Positions 18,224-27,516 of a stretch of 64,000 nt of DNA are shown here, in pieces. Position 1 is the first letter of the stretch. Every line of letters begins with the position of its first letter. A program made the translations under genes and the position numbers. The stretch is from Candidatus Buchananbacteria bacterium. Its GTDB lineage: Bacteria > Patescibacteriota > Patescibacteriia > 2-01-FULL-39-33 > JBAYJR01. The notes beneath the pieces are model-generated. The model made no database searches. It had not been told where the DNA came from and saw nothing but the letters and a program-made list of their open reading frames with translations. The stretch covers positions 13,309 to 77,308 of the forward strand of contig JBAYJR010000006.1 of assembly GCA_041665005.1 (NCBI GenBank). Reading direction: 5' to 3'.

Positions 18224-18751
18224 ATGGAAATAACCAATGATAAAATTCAGGCTTTTGTGCAAAAAGTTAACGATAGTAAAACGCACAAATTAGATTTATC
18301 TTCGGATGAGGATCTATCCATCGCCATTATGAATTTAGTGTCTATTGAAGAACATTTTTTCTTTACGGGTAACAAAACCGGCAAACCGGAATATTTTGAT
18401 TTGTTAAATCAGGTACGAGAAATGCGCAAAGAACTGTTGAAAAAGATTATTAAAGAATACGAAGGTGAGGTTTGGTGTATTTCTAAACATTTATTAGCCG
18501 CTTCTTATCGTTTAATGGAAGTAGGTACAAAAGCGCAAGGCCAAGGCAAACCAGAAGAGGCCCAAGATTTGTTTAAAAAATCATACGAACTTTATTCCTT
18601 ATTTTGGGGTTTGAATTTAAAATTAATTGATGTAGGAGAAGTTAAAAAGATTGATGAAAACTCCCTAAATAAACACGACGAAAAAAAATCTGGTTTTATG
18701 GGAAAATTGGGTGATTTAGTTAAAAAGGCAATTGATTGTTGTTTGGAATAG
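18224..18751 (+). CDS. Hypothetical protein
   Basis: 175-aa ORF with no recognisable motif. A terminator follows. Confidence 0.4.
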   Translation: MEITNDKIQAFVQKVNDSKTHKLDLSSDEDLSIAIMNLVSIEEHFFFTGNKTGKPEYFDLLNQVREMRKELLKKIIKEYEGEVWCISKHLLAASYRLMEVGTKAQGQGKPEEAQDLFKKSYELYSLFWGLNLKLIDVGEVKKIDENSLNKHDEKKSGFMGKLGDLVKKAIDCCLE

Positions 18752-18778
18752 AAATTAGTAATTAGAGAAAGCGGCCAA

Positions 18779-18801
18779 GAGCCGCTTTTTTATTGTTATT
18801 G
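18779..18801 (+). terminator. Intrinsic terminator
   Basis: 'agcggccaagagccgct' + tttttt. Confidence 0.6.
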
Positions 18802-18925
18802 CGAGCATAGCGTGGCAATCTCAGTTATTAGGTAGAGCAAAAATTATTTCTTCCTTTTATTCCTTATAATAACAGCAGGGATTATTTTGGCCAAAAGTTT
18901 GTTTTTATGCTAAATTAATAGCAGT

Positions 18926-20662
18926 ATGATTAATTTTAGACAGGAAGTAGCCAAGCTAATTAAAGTAGCGACTAGCTTTAAGGTAGAAACTAGTAGCTTA
19001 ATTGTGCCACCAAATCCGGCTTGGGGGGATTTTGGTTGGTCAGTATTTGGTTTAGCTAAAGAGCAAAAGATAGATCCGGCTAAGTTGGCTAAAGATTTGG
19101 CGGCCAAAGTTAATCTTAAAATAAAAAGTGGTTCAACTATCAAGCGTTGTCAGGCGGTTGGCCCTTACCTTAATTTTTTTCTAGATCAAACAGCCGTCGC
19201 CCAAGAAGTGCTAGGGCAAATTGCCATGCAGGGTAAAAAATATGGTCAGCAAAAATTAGCCAAATCAAAGACGGTAATGTTGGAATATTCCGGACCCAAT
19301 ACTCATAAAGATTTTCATATTGGTCATTTACGCAATACAGTTTTGGGTGCCGCTTTAATTAATTTATATCAAGCGCAAGGCTTAAAGGTGATTAGCGCTA
19401 ATTATATCAATGATGTGGGTTCTCATGTTGCAAAAGTTTTGTGGTATTTAACCAAATCAAAAATTAGAAATGAAAAGCTAATAAGGTTAGAACCAGGAAC
19501 TTTAGGTCAGGCTTATGCTAGGGCCAGCCAGTTAATTAAAGAAAAGCCGGAGTTTGAAGGAGCGGTGTCGGAAGTAAAACAGCAATTAGAAAATATTTTA
19601 CCGCCACAAAAAGCCAAAACCAAAACAGAGCAAGAACTGTTTGAATTGTGGAAAAAAACCAAAGAATTTAGTTTGGCCGAGTTTAAAAAAATTTATAGTT
19701 TATTGGGAGCTAAGTTTAGCGTCTATTATTTTGAAAAAGATTTACGCACCAAAGGCAAAGCGATAGTGGAACAATTACTTAAGCAAAAAATTGCAGTTAG
19801 ATCTCAAGGGGCGGTGATTGTGGATTTAAAATCATACGGCTTGGATGTTTTATTAATTTTGCGAACCGACGGTACTGGGCTTTATGCTACTTCCGACCTG
19901 GCCTTAGCACAAGAAAAATTTAAAAAAGCAAAGTTAGCTGCCAGTATTTATGTGACGGATTCACGCCAGAGTTTTTATTTTAAGCAATTGTTTAAAATTT
20001 TAGAACTACAAGGCTTTAAAGGCAAATTAATTCATGTGCCTTATGAATTTGTTACTTTGGGTGGTAAGGTATTAGCTTCTCGCGAAGGGGTAACGATGAC
20101 CTTTTGGTCAGTATATGAGGAGGCGGTTAAATTAGCGGTGGCGGAAACCACTAAGCGCCATACTGAGTGGTCAGCTAAAAAGATTGCGCAAACGGCACAA
20201 ACGTTAGCTTTGGCAACTTTAAAATTTGAAATGTTAAAAACTTCGGCGCAAAATAAAATTGATTTTGTACTGGAGCAAGCTATTCGCTTTGAAGGCTTTA
20301 CGGGGCCTTATTTACTTTATACTTTAGCGCGAATTAACAGCATTTTTAGTAAAGGCAAAGTAAAAACCATCAAACATTTTGTCGCGGATAAATTAAATTC
20401 AGAAATTGAGAAAAAGATTATTAGTCAGCTGGCGCAGTTTTCGCCCGTCGTGGCTAAAGCGCAACAAACGCATAATCCAGCTTTATTAGCGCAGTATTTA
20501 TTTGAATTGGCTAGAAATTTTGCTTCATTTTATGAAAGTCAACCAGTATTGCAGGCGGAAATTGAAATAAAAAATTCGCGTTTATATCTATTGCAAAATA
20601 TTAGGCAGGTAATGGAAAATGGTTTGGCCTTGTTGGGGATTGAGACTTTGAAGGAGATGTAG
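18926..20662 (+). CDS. argS: Arginine--tRNA ligase
   Basis: 578 aa. Class I HIGH motif 'PNTHKDFHIGHLRN', anticodon-binding C-terminal DALR-type region. Confidence 0.9.
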   Translation: MINFRQEVAKLIKVATSFKVETSSLIVPPNPAWGDFGWSVFGLAKEQKIDPAKLAKDLAAKVNLKIKSGSTIKRCQAVGPYLNFFLDQTAVAQEVLGQIAMQGKKYGQQKLAKSKTVMLEYSGPNTHKDFHIGHLRNTVLGAALINLYQAQGLKVISANYINDVGSHVAKVLWYLTKSKIRNEKLIRLEPGTLGQAYARASQLIKEKPEFEGAVSEVKQQLENILPPQKAKTKTEQELFELWKKTKEFSLAEFKKIYSLLGAKFSVYYFEKDLRTKGKAIVEQLLKQKIAVRSQGAVIVDLKSYGLDVLLILRTDGTGLYATSDLALAQEKFKKAKLAASIYVTDSRQSFYFKQLFKILELQGFKGKLIHVPYEFVTLGGKVLASREGVTMTFWSVYEEAVKLAVAETTKRHTEWSAKKIAQTAQTLALATLKFEMLKTSAQNKIDFVLEQAIRFEGFTGPYLLYTLARINSIFSKGKVKTIKHFVADKLNSEIEKKIISQLAQFSPVVAKAQQTHNPALLAQYLFELARNFASFYESQPVLQAEIEIKNSRLYLLQNIRQVMENGLALLGIETLKEM

Positions 20663-20668
20663 ATTATT

Positions 20669-20722
20669 CGTCATCTTGAACTTGCTTGCCCCGCGTAGCG
20701 GGGACCCGGGGTGGCTCTGCTG
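20669..20722 (+). repeat. GC-rich hairpin repeat, copy 1 ('gtcatcttgaacttgcttgccccgcgtagcggggacccggggtggctctgc')
   Basis: Near-identical to 50702-50748. Contains the hairpin ccccgc-gta-gcgggg. Immediately 3' of argS. Confidence 0.65.
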
Positions 20723-20764
20723 GAGTGCTATCAGGTAAATTAAATCAATAAAAAAGCCAACAAG

Positions 20765-20950
20765 TTACTTGTTGGCGATTTTTTTAATTAGTTTTAATTT
20801 TGTTTCTTCTTTTTTGAGACGGCAGTCGTGACACTCTGCTAAATGTCTTTCTGCGTCTTGAATTTGTTTGGCAGTTAGTTCTTCTAAAATGTAAGCTTTT
20901 AAGCTAGCTGCCAGTAAGTGGTTGGTTCTGTTGAATAGATCTTTACTCAT
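20765..20950 (-). CDS. Small zf-HC2 (anti-sigma-factor-like) zinc-finger protein
   Basis: 61 aa. 'AERHLAECHDCR' H-x3-C-x2-C motif. Confidence 0.4.
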   Translation of the reverse strand: MSKDLFNRTNHLLAASLKAYILEELTAKQIQDAERHLAECHDCRLKKEETKLKLIKKIANK

Positions 20951-21082
20951 CTTATTTTCTCCTTTTAAATTTAATCCAGCTTAGCTTAAGTTGGGCTTTT
21001 TGTCAACCCTTTTAAAATAGGTCTATTGCTTTATGGGTTTTAGTGTAGTAAAATATAAATATAATTTTTTAATATAAACTTC

Positions 21083-21268
21083 ATGTCTCCCAAAGTTAAC
21101 GAAGATTTGTGTATTGGTTGTGGCACCTGCGAAGCCGTTTGTCCGGCGGTGTTTAAAATTGCCGAAGACGGTAAGGCTAAGGTATTAGCCGCGGATTACA
21201 TTGCTGAAGCTGATAAGATTAAGGAATCCATTGAATCTTGTCCGGTGCAGGCTATTAGTGAGGAATAA
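21083..21268 (+). CDS. Small 4Fe-4S ferredoxin
   Basis: 61 aa. 'CIGCGTCEAVCP' plus a distal 'CP'. Confidence 0.75.
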   Translation: MSPKVNEDLCIGCGTCEAVCPAVFKIAEDGKAKVLAADYIAEADKIKESIESCPVQAISEE

Positions 21269-21287
21269 ACACTTGTTTGGTAAAAAG

Positions 21288-21316
21288 GCCCCGGCAAACC
21301 GGGTCTTTTTGTTTTT
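21288..21316 (+). terminator. Probable intrinsic terminator after the ferredoxin gene
   Basis: 'cccgg-caaa-ccggg' followed by tctttttgtttttt. Confidence 0.45.
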
Positions 21317-21376
21317 TATGCAATCTTTACAGAGCGGTTAATAAATGTTAAAGTATAAAGGATATTTACATATTTT

Positions 21377-24316
21377 ATGACTGAGAAAAAATCAATTATT
21401 GCTTTGCAGGAAGAAGCCATTTTAGAGCAGTGGCAAAGTAAAAATATTTTTGCTAAAACCTTGGCCAAAGAGGCGCCGCAAGGTAGTTTTGTTTTTTTTG
21501 AAGGCCCACCGACGGCTAATGGTAAACCCGGCATCCATCACATTGAAGCGCGAGCTTATAAGGATGTGGTTTTGCGCTATAAAACCATGCAGGGTTTTAA
21601 AGTTGAGCGTAAGGCTGGTTGGGACACACATGGTTTGCCGGTAGAATTACAGGTGGAAAAAGAATTAGGTATTTCGGGTAAACCGCAAATTGAAAATTTG
21701 GTGCCAGGGCAAGTTATTGCCAGTATCAAACAGTTTAATGCTAAGTGTAAAGAGAGTGTTTGGTCTTACAAAAATGAATGGGAAGAAATGACCAAACGAA
21801 TTGGTTTTTGGCTTGATTTGGCCGACCCTTATGTTACTTATCAAAATGAATTTATTGAATCGGTTTGGTGGTTTATTAAGCAGGCGGCGGAAAAGGATTT
21901 GTTGTATAAAGGTTTTAAGGTAGTACCTTATTGTGCTCGGTGTGGCACAACGCTGTCTTCGCATGAAGTTGCGCAAGGTTATCAAAACATTAAAGAAAAT
22001 TCGGTTTATTTAAAATTTAAAATTACAGCGGCACAAGACAAAGAATTAATTGGGGCCAGTTTATTGGTTTGGACTACTACGCCTTGGACCTTGCCGGGTA
22101 ATTTGGCGTTGGCGGTAGGGAAGGATATCGAATATATAAAGGTAAAAAGGTTTACTGGCGAGTGGGATAAAAATGGTAAGGCTATTTATGATCAAGTTAT
22201 ATTAGCAAAAGAAATATATAAAGAATTAGAAAAAGACCCTGCTTTATTAAGGGCTCGGCCATTTAATTTTCTTTTTACGGAAACTCCTGAAGGTTATGAG
22301 GTTACTTCAATTCCAGAAATTTTAGGAACTTTTAGAGGTTCTGATTTAATTGGCACCGAATATCAGCCTTTGTTTAATGAATATGAAAATAATGGCCAAT
22401 ATTTTAAAGTTTATGCCGGTGATTTTGTTAGTACCACTGATGGCACGGGCATTGTGCATATTGCGCCACATTTTGGTGAAGATGATTTTAGTCTATTTGC
22501 TGCCAATAATTTAGTAGTACCAGAAAGAATTACGGTTGATGGTGAAGGAAAATTGCAAGCCAAGGTACCTGGTCAGGGCAAATTTGTTAAAGAGGCTGAT
22601 CCAGAAATTATTGAAGAATTAAAAGCCAAAAATATTTTGTTTAAAGTTGAGCCACATGCTCACGATTATCCTTTTTGTTGGCGTTGCAATACTCCATTAT
22701 TATATTACGCTCGCACCTCTTGGTTTATTCGCGTCTCCGCTTTACGCTCGGAGTTAAACAAAAATAATGAACAAATTAATTGGCACCCCGATTATTTAAA
22801 AGCCGGTCGGTTTGGTGAGTGGTTAAAAGAGGCCAAAGATTGGGCAATTTCTCGTGAACGTTATTGGGGCACGCCATTGCCAATTTGGGAATGTGTTTCT
22901 TGTAAAAAATATAAAGTAATTGGTAGCGCTCAAGAATTGTTACAGCCCTTAGACGATTTACATCGACCGTTTATTGATGAGGCTACCTTTAAATGTGAAT
23001 GTAGTGGTGAGATGAAAAGAGTGCCAGAAGTGTGCGATGTTTGGATGGACTCGGGTTGCATGCCTTTTGCGCAATGGGGTTATCCGGCCAAAAGTGGTAG
23101 CGCGGAGCAATTTAAAAAATTCTATCCGGCAGATTATATTGCCGAAGGCATTGATCAGACGCGCGGTTGGTTTTATACCTTGTTAACGGTGGCCACCATT
23201 TTAGGTTTTGACCCACCTTATAAAAATGTTTTAGCGGTGGGAATTATTTTAGACAAACAAGGTAAAAAAATGTCTAAATCCAAAGGTAATACTATAGAGC
23301 CGTGGTTTATTGCTGATAAATATGGCGTAGATGCTTTGCGTTATTATTTATACACCGTTAACCAATGTGCTGATTCTAAAAATTTTGATGAGAAAGATGT
23401 AGATCTAGTAGTTAAAAAAGTTATTTTGATTGCTAAAAATGTTGTTTCATTTTATAAATTATTTGCGAACAACACGCCGCAAACTTTACCGGTAGATTTA
23501 GCGGTGTTGGATCAATGGATTTTGTCACGTTTACAAGTATTAATTAAATCCGTGACGGAAAAGTTTGAATTATATCAATTAACTGATAGCCATCGAGAAA
23601 TTGGGGAGTTTATTAATGATTTGTCAACTTGGTATATTCGTCGTTCGCGCGAACGATTTAAGGGCGAAGGCAAGATTTCTGCTCAGGCAACTTTACGTGA
23701 GGTATTATTACAGCTCAGTAAATTATTAGCCCCAGGTTTACCATTTTTAGCGGAAGAAATTTATCAAGCCGTTGGCGGTCAGCTAGAATCAGTCCACCTA
23801 GAAACTTGGCCAGAAGTGAAGTTAGAATTAATTGATGAAAAATTAATAACTGAAATGGCACAGGCCAGAACCGATGTGGAAAAAGGCCTAGCTTTGCGCG
23901 CCGAGGCTAATCTTAAAGTGCGTCAGCCGTTAACTTCATTTACTTCACCTAATAATTATCAGCCAGAGATTAAAGAAATTTTAGCCCAAGAGTTAAATGT
24001 CTTAGAAATTATTAAGGGTGCTGATTACGCCATTGATACTAATTTAACCCCGGAATTAAAACAGCAAGGCTTGTTGCGCGAACTGGTTAGGCAAATTAAT
24101 ACTTTACGTAAAGAACTGAAATTAACTATTCAGGATCAAGTAACCCTTCAGTGGCAGACGGCTGATCAGGGATTATTAGAATTATTAGGCAATAAAGAAT
24201 TTAGAGAGCAACTGGCTAAAAATGTTTTAGCTAATGAAATAATTGAACAAGCCAATGAGGGAGTAGAATTAAAGGTTAACGAGTTAAGTGTTAAAATTAA
24301 GTTGGAAAAAGTTTAA
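21377..24316 (+). CDS. ileS: Isoleucine--tRNA ligase
   Basis: 979 aa. 'PPTANGKPGIHH' (HIGH), 'KMSKSKGN' (KMSKS), zinc-binding Cys cluster 'CARCGT...CWRC'. Confidence 0.92.
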   Translation: MTEKKSIIALQEEAILEQWQSKNIFAKTLAKEAPQGSFVFFEGPPTANGKPGIHHIEARAYKDVVLRYKTMQGFKVERKAGWDTHGLPVELQVEKELGISGKPQIENLVPGQVIASIKQFNAKCKESVWSYKNEWEEMTKRIGFWLDLADPYVTYQNEFIESVWWFIKQAAEKDLLYKGFKVVPYCARCGTTLSSHEVAQGYQNIKENSVYLKFKITAAQDKELIGASLLVWTTTPWTLPGNLALAVGKDIEYIKVKRFTGEWDKNGKAIYDQVILAKEIYKELEKDPALLRARPFNFLFTETPEGYEVTSIPEILGTFRGSDLIGTEYQPLFNEYENNGQYFKVYAGDFVSTTDGTGIVHIAPHFGEDDFSLFAANNLVVPERITVDGEGKLQAKVPGQGKFVKEADPEIIEELKAKNILFKVEPHAHDYPFCWRCNTPLLYYARTSWFIRVSALRSELNKNNEQINWHPDYLKAGRFGEWLKEAKDWAISRERYWGTPLPIWECVSCKKYKVIGSAQELLQPLDDLHRPFIDEATFKCECSGEMKRVPEVCDVWMDSGCMPFAQWGYPAKSGSAEQFKKFYPADYIAEGIDQTRGWFYTLLTVATILGFDPPYKNVLAVGIILDKQGKKMSKSKGNTIEPWFIADKYGVDALRYYLYTVNQCADSKNFDEKDVDLVVKKVILIAKNVVSFYKLFANNTPQTLPVDLAVLDQWILSRLQVLIKSVTEKFELYQLTDSHREIGEFINDLSTWYIRRSRERFKGEGKISAQATLREVLLQLSKLLAPGLPFLAEEIYQAVGGQLESVHLETWPEVKLELIDEKLITEMAQARTDVEKGLALRAEANLKVRQPLTSFTSPNNYQPEIKEILAQELNVLEIIKGADYAIDTNLTPELKQQGLLRELVRQINTLRKELKLTIQDQVTLQWQTADQGLLELLGNKEFREQLAKNVLANEIIEQANEGVELKVNELSVKIKLEKV

Positions 24317-24325
24317 GTAATATTT

Positions 24326-25399
24326 ATGCCCCAACTTTGCCCCGAACTTACTACCAAACTAGAAATTCTTAAACAACTCAAGCAACAGTTTGATTTGGAA
24401 TTAACCAAAGTCAAAAATCTAGACCCTAAAAAGTCTAATGACCTTATTTCCATCAGAGACTTTAAAGCCAAACTAAACCAAACCCTCCAAGATCTCCAAA
24501 ACGAACTCTGGCTAGAAACCCCCGAACTAACCCAAGAAAACCTTAAAGCCCAATATGAAGCCCAAGTAGACCTTCTCCGTAAAAACAACCTCCTTAAAAC
24601 CCTCGCCACTGGTGAATTAGGCATTGAAGCAATTGATAAGCAAGAATACCCTATACCCACCCTAGAACAGATTGAAAAAATGATGCTAGAAGAACCAGAA
24701 TTCTTTAAAACCAAAATCAATCAAGGTTTTGTTAAGCTAGTCCTTGTTCCCTTTGGTTCACCAATAAGTTCTCTAATAGAAGCTTATGACAAGGCTCTAA
24801 TGGAACATCATCAGCAAGGTGAACTATTAGACACCCAAAATAAACCTTTGGGGCTTAATAAAGGGATTGGTGAAAAGTTTATTTTTGATAATGCTGAATT
24901 GGTAGAGGCTGAAGCTACAGGAGAATTAGTCTATTTTCCCAAAGAATTCTCTAAAACTACTCATCAAGGTAAAACCAAACAAGAACTTTTACCAACCCAA
25001 GCTTGGCAAGTCCTACTACTTGAAGACTTGCCTGATCTTCGAGATAAAGGTCAAGGTAAAACCGTTAATGGTCGTAAGCAACTAGGAGCCAACCAATCAC
25101 CCAATGGCTATCTTAAACAACTTCAAACGGATCAATATAAAGGTGAACAAGGTTTAACTCCAGAATCCTGGCTAGTTTACGGCTTAGGTCATTTAGAACA
25201 AACCAACCAAATGATTGAGGGCGGGGAAAGTAAGTATGATTATAGGGGTTGTTTTTTGGTTGGTGGTTATTTTAAAAAAACTGGCAGCGTGCCGAGTGCT
25301 TTTTCCGACCGTGGTCGTGCGCAGATCTACTTGGATCGGAATGCTTCGGGCCTTCCCATTTCCTTCCGTGCCGGCCGTTTCTCGGTGAGCATTTCTTGA
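24326..25399 (+). CDS. Paralog family member A (unknown function, hypervariable C-terminal tail)
   Basis: 357 aa starting MPQLCPELTTKLE. Over 90% nucleotide identity to copy B across the first about 330 nt. C-rich codon usage. Ends ...GRFSVSIS. Confidence 0.75.
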   Translation: MPQLCPELTTKLEILKQLKQQFDLELTKVKNLDPKKSNDLISIRDFKAKLNQTLQDLQNELWLETPELTQENLKAQYEAQVDLLRKNNLLKTLATGELGIEAIDKQEYPIPTLEQIEKMMLEEPEFFKTKINQGFVKLVLVPFGSPISSLIEAYDKALMEHHQQGELLDTQNKPLGLNKGIGEKFIFDNAELVEAEATGELVYFPKEFSKTTHQGKTKQELLPTQAWQVLLLEDLPDLRDKGQGKTVNGRKQLGANQSPNGYLKQLQTDQYKGEQGLTPESWLVYGLGHLEQTNQMIEGGESKYDYRGCFLVGGYFKKTGSVPSAFSDRGRAQIYLDRNASGLPISFRAGRFSVSIS

Positions 25400-25404
25400 T
25401 TTTT

Positions 25405-25434
25405 TTGTCATTCCGGACTTGATCCGGAATCTAG
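25405..25434 (+). repeat. 'ttgtcattcc-ggacttgatcc-ggaatc' hairpin repeat (copy between the tandem paralogs)
   Basis: Same 'gtcattcc...ggaatc' stem motif as at 14676, 50419 and 51887. Confidence 0.6.
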
Positions 25435-25454
25435 GTTATATCTTAGATAAATTT

Positions 25455-26537
25455 ATGCCCCAACTTTGCCCAGAACTTACTACCAAACTAGAATCCCTTA
25501 AAACGCTTAAACAACAGTTTGATTTGGAATTTATTAAAATTAAAAAGTTAGGCTCTAAAAAGTCTAATGACCTTATTTCCATCAGAGACTTTAAAGCCAA
25601 ACTAAACCAAACTCTCCAAGACCTCCAAAATGAACTCTGGCTAGAAACCCCCGAACTAACCCAAGAAAACCTTAAAGTTCAATATGAATTCCAGAAAGAT
25701 GTTCTTATTAAGGCTGGCCTCCTGAAAACCCTCTCTACTGGCGAATTAGGTATTAAAGCAATTAATAACAAAGAATACCCGATACCCACCCTAGAACAGA
25801 TTGAAGAAATGATGCTAGAAAAACCAGAATTTTTTAAAACTAAAATTAATCAGGGCTTTATTAAACTAATTATGGTTCCCTTTGGCTTACCAATAAGTTC
25901 CCTAATAGAGGCTTATGACAAGGCTCTTATGGAACATCATCAGCGAGGTGAGCTGCTAGACACCCAAAATAAACCATTGGGGCTTAATAAAGAGATTGGT
26001 AAAAAGTTTATTGATGATGATCAGGCTAAACATTATGTCCAAGCCGAAGCCACAGGGGACTTAGTATATTTCCCCCAAAAATTCTCTAAAACTGCTCATC
26101 AAGGTAAAACCAAACAGGAACTTTTGTCCACTCAAGCTTGGCAGGTTCTATTGCTTGAAGACCTACCCAACCTTCCAGATCAAGGTCAAGGTAAAATCAT
26201 AGCTAATCGCGAGCAACCAGAAGCCAGTCGATCACCAAATAGTTATCTTAAACAACTCCAAATCGACCTTCAATATGAAGGTGAACAAGGTTTAACCCCA
26301 GAATCCTGGTTAGTTTATGCCCTAAACCATTTAGCCCAAACTAATAAAGTGATTGGAAGCGGGGAAAGTAAGTATGGTTATATGGGCTGTTTTTTGCTTA
26401 ATAGTTTTTTTAAAGAATCTGGCAGCGTGCCGGGCACCTATTTCCGCTGTGGTAGTGCACAGGTCGATTTGGATCAGTATGCTCCGAATCATCCCTATTC
26501 CAACTATGCCGGCCGTTTTTTGGTGAGTATTATTTGA
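25455..26537 (+). CDS. Paralog family member B
   Basis: Start refined to ATG 25455 (MPQLCPELTTKLESLK...). The track ORF begins at 25419 with a non-ATG start. Ends ...GRFLVSII. Confidence 0.75.
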   Translation: MPQLCPELTTKLESLKTLKQQFDLEFIKIKKLGSKKSNDLISIRDFKAKLNQTLQDLQNELWLETPELTQENLKVQYEFQKDVLIKAGLLKTLSTGELGIKAINNKEYPIPTLEQIEEMMLEKPEFFKTKINQGFIKLIMVPFGLPISSLIEAYDKALMEHHQRGELLDTQNKPLGLNKEIGKKFIDDDQAKHYVQAEATGDLVYFPQKFSKTAHQGKTKQELLSTQAWQVLLLEDLPNLPDQGQGKIIANREQPEASRSPNSYLKQLQIDLQYEGEQGLTPESWLVYALNHLAQTNKVIGSGESKYGYMGCFLLNSFFKESGSVPGTYFRCGSAQVDLDQYAPNHPYSNYAGRFLVSII

Positions 26538-26594
26538 TCTTTGGTTTTTGATTTTATTTTTGTTTTTTGACTTTAGACCTTAGTTTTTATTTTT

Positions 26595-27206
26595 TTGAAT
26601 TTAAAATTTATATCTATGATTGCCTACCTCAAGGGAAAAATTTTAGTGCTTAAACCTTCTACCAAAAAGGATAGTTTTATTATTTTGGAAGTTAATGGGG
26701 TGGGTTACGAAATAATGTGTCCGCCTCAGTTGTTGGTTAAACGTAAATTGGGCGAAGAAGTAGAAATTTATACTTATCACAGTGTGCGGGAAGATAATCA
26801 AGAACTATTTGGTTTAAGTAGTTTGGAAGATTTGGAATTTTTTAAATTGTTGTTAACCGTTTCCGGGATTGGTCCACGCTCGGCTTTAAGTGTTATGTCG
26901 GCGGCTACGCGGGAACAAATTAAAAAAGCAGTGGTGCAAAATCAGCCGGATCTATTGCATAAAATTTCTGGTCTAGGCGCCAAGACTGCTCAAAAAGTGG
27001 TGGATGGTCTTAAAGATAAGCTAGGGGTAGAAGAACTTGGTCGGGGCGAAGGCTTTGATGACGACTTTGCTCAGGCTTTGGACGGTTTACTAGCTTTAGG
27101 TTATAATCTGTTTGATGCTAGAAAAGCTTTGGAAAAAACCTCGGCCATTAGCGGGGCGTCTAGTAAAATTAAGGAAGCATTAAAAAGGTTGAGTAATAGA
27201 AATTAA
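26595..27206 (+). CDS. ruvA: Holliday junction branch-migration complex subunit RuvA
   Basis: 203 aa. 'MIAYLKGKI', OB domain, HhH pairs 'LLTVSGIGPRSAL' and 'ISGLGAKTAQKV', C-terminal domain III. Confidence 0.88.
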   Translation: MNLKFISMIAYLKGKILVLKPSTKKDSFIILEVNGVGYEIMCPPQLLVKRKLGEEVEIYTYHSVREDNQELFGLSSLEDLEFFKLLLTVSGIGPRSALSVMSAATREQIKKAVVQNQPDLLHKISGLGAKTAQKVVDGLKDKLGVEELGRGEGFDDDFAQALDGLLALGYNLFDARKALEKTSAISGASSKIKEALKRLSNRN

Positions 27207-27257
27207 TAAAAAGCTTGTGCTCGTCGTTTAATTAGTTATCCGCCTGCCATTACCTGT

Positions 27258-27329
27258 GCCCTCATCGTTCAGTGGATAGGACACCAGATTCCGGATCTGG
27301 CAACAGAGGTTCGAGTCCTCTTGAGGGCA
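27258..27329 (+). tRNA. tRNA-Arg (anticodon CCG)
   Basis: Folded by hand. Acceptor gccctca/tgagggc, D-arm gttc-agtggata-ggac, anticodon arm ccaga-ttCCGga-tctgg, variable caac, T-arm agagg-ttcgagt-cctct, discriminator A. No encoded CCA. Confidence 0.85.
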
Positions 27330-27345
27330 AAGGCAACGGCAGGCG

Positions 27346-27403
27346 GGAAGCGTCAGCCTCCGGAGCTGAAAGACCGTGCGTTCAAATCGCACCGGGGACA
27401 CCA
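27346..27403 (+). other. tRNA 3'-half-like fragment ending in encoded CCA (anticodon arm + T arm + 3' acceptor strand, no matching 5' acceptor strand)
   Basis: 'tcagc-ctCCGga-gctga ... gtgcg-ttcaaat-cgcac-cggggac-a-cca'. No complementary 'gtccccg' upstream. An 8-bp inverted repeat cgcctgcc (27241) / ggcaggcg (27338) brackets the intact tRNA-Arg. Confidence 0.4.
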
Positions 27404-27516
27404 AATTAAATATTGTTGCGGGGCGGATCTCGTAACAGAGGTTTCCCAAAGGTATTACTTTGTGACGAGTCTCTGTCTGCCGGCAGGCAGGCTCTTGGGA
27501 GCACACGAGATTTATT

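Noticed and set aside
24313-24720. Minus-strand 135-aa ORF antisense to paralog A. Similar antisense ORFs are 25193-25411(-) and 52636-52929(+) opposite paralogs A/B and C.
   Set aside because: They lie entirely inside the well-supported paralog genes. They are created by the C-rich codon usage, which removes stop codons from the antisense frame. No start context and no independent conservation.
25300-26537. Diversity-generating retroelement (DGR) as the cause of the hypervariable paralog tails.
   Set aside because: No reverse-transcriptase-like ORF (no YxDD motif) and no A-rich template repeat are present anywhere in the window. With only three sequences every variable site is trivially compatible with adenine-directed mutagenesis, so the pattern is not diagnostic. 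Kept only as something to test genome-wide.
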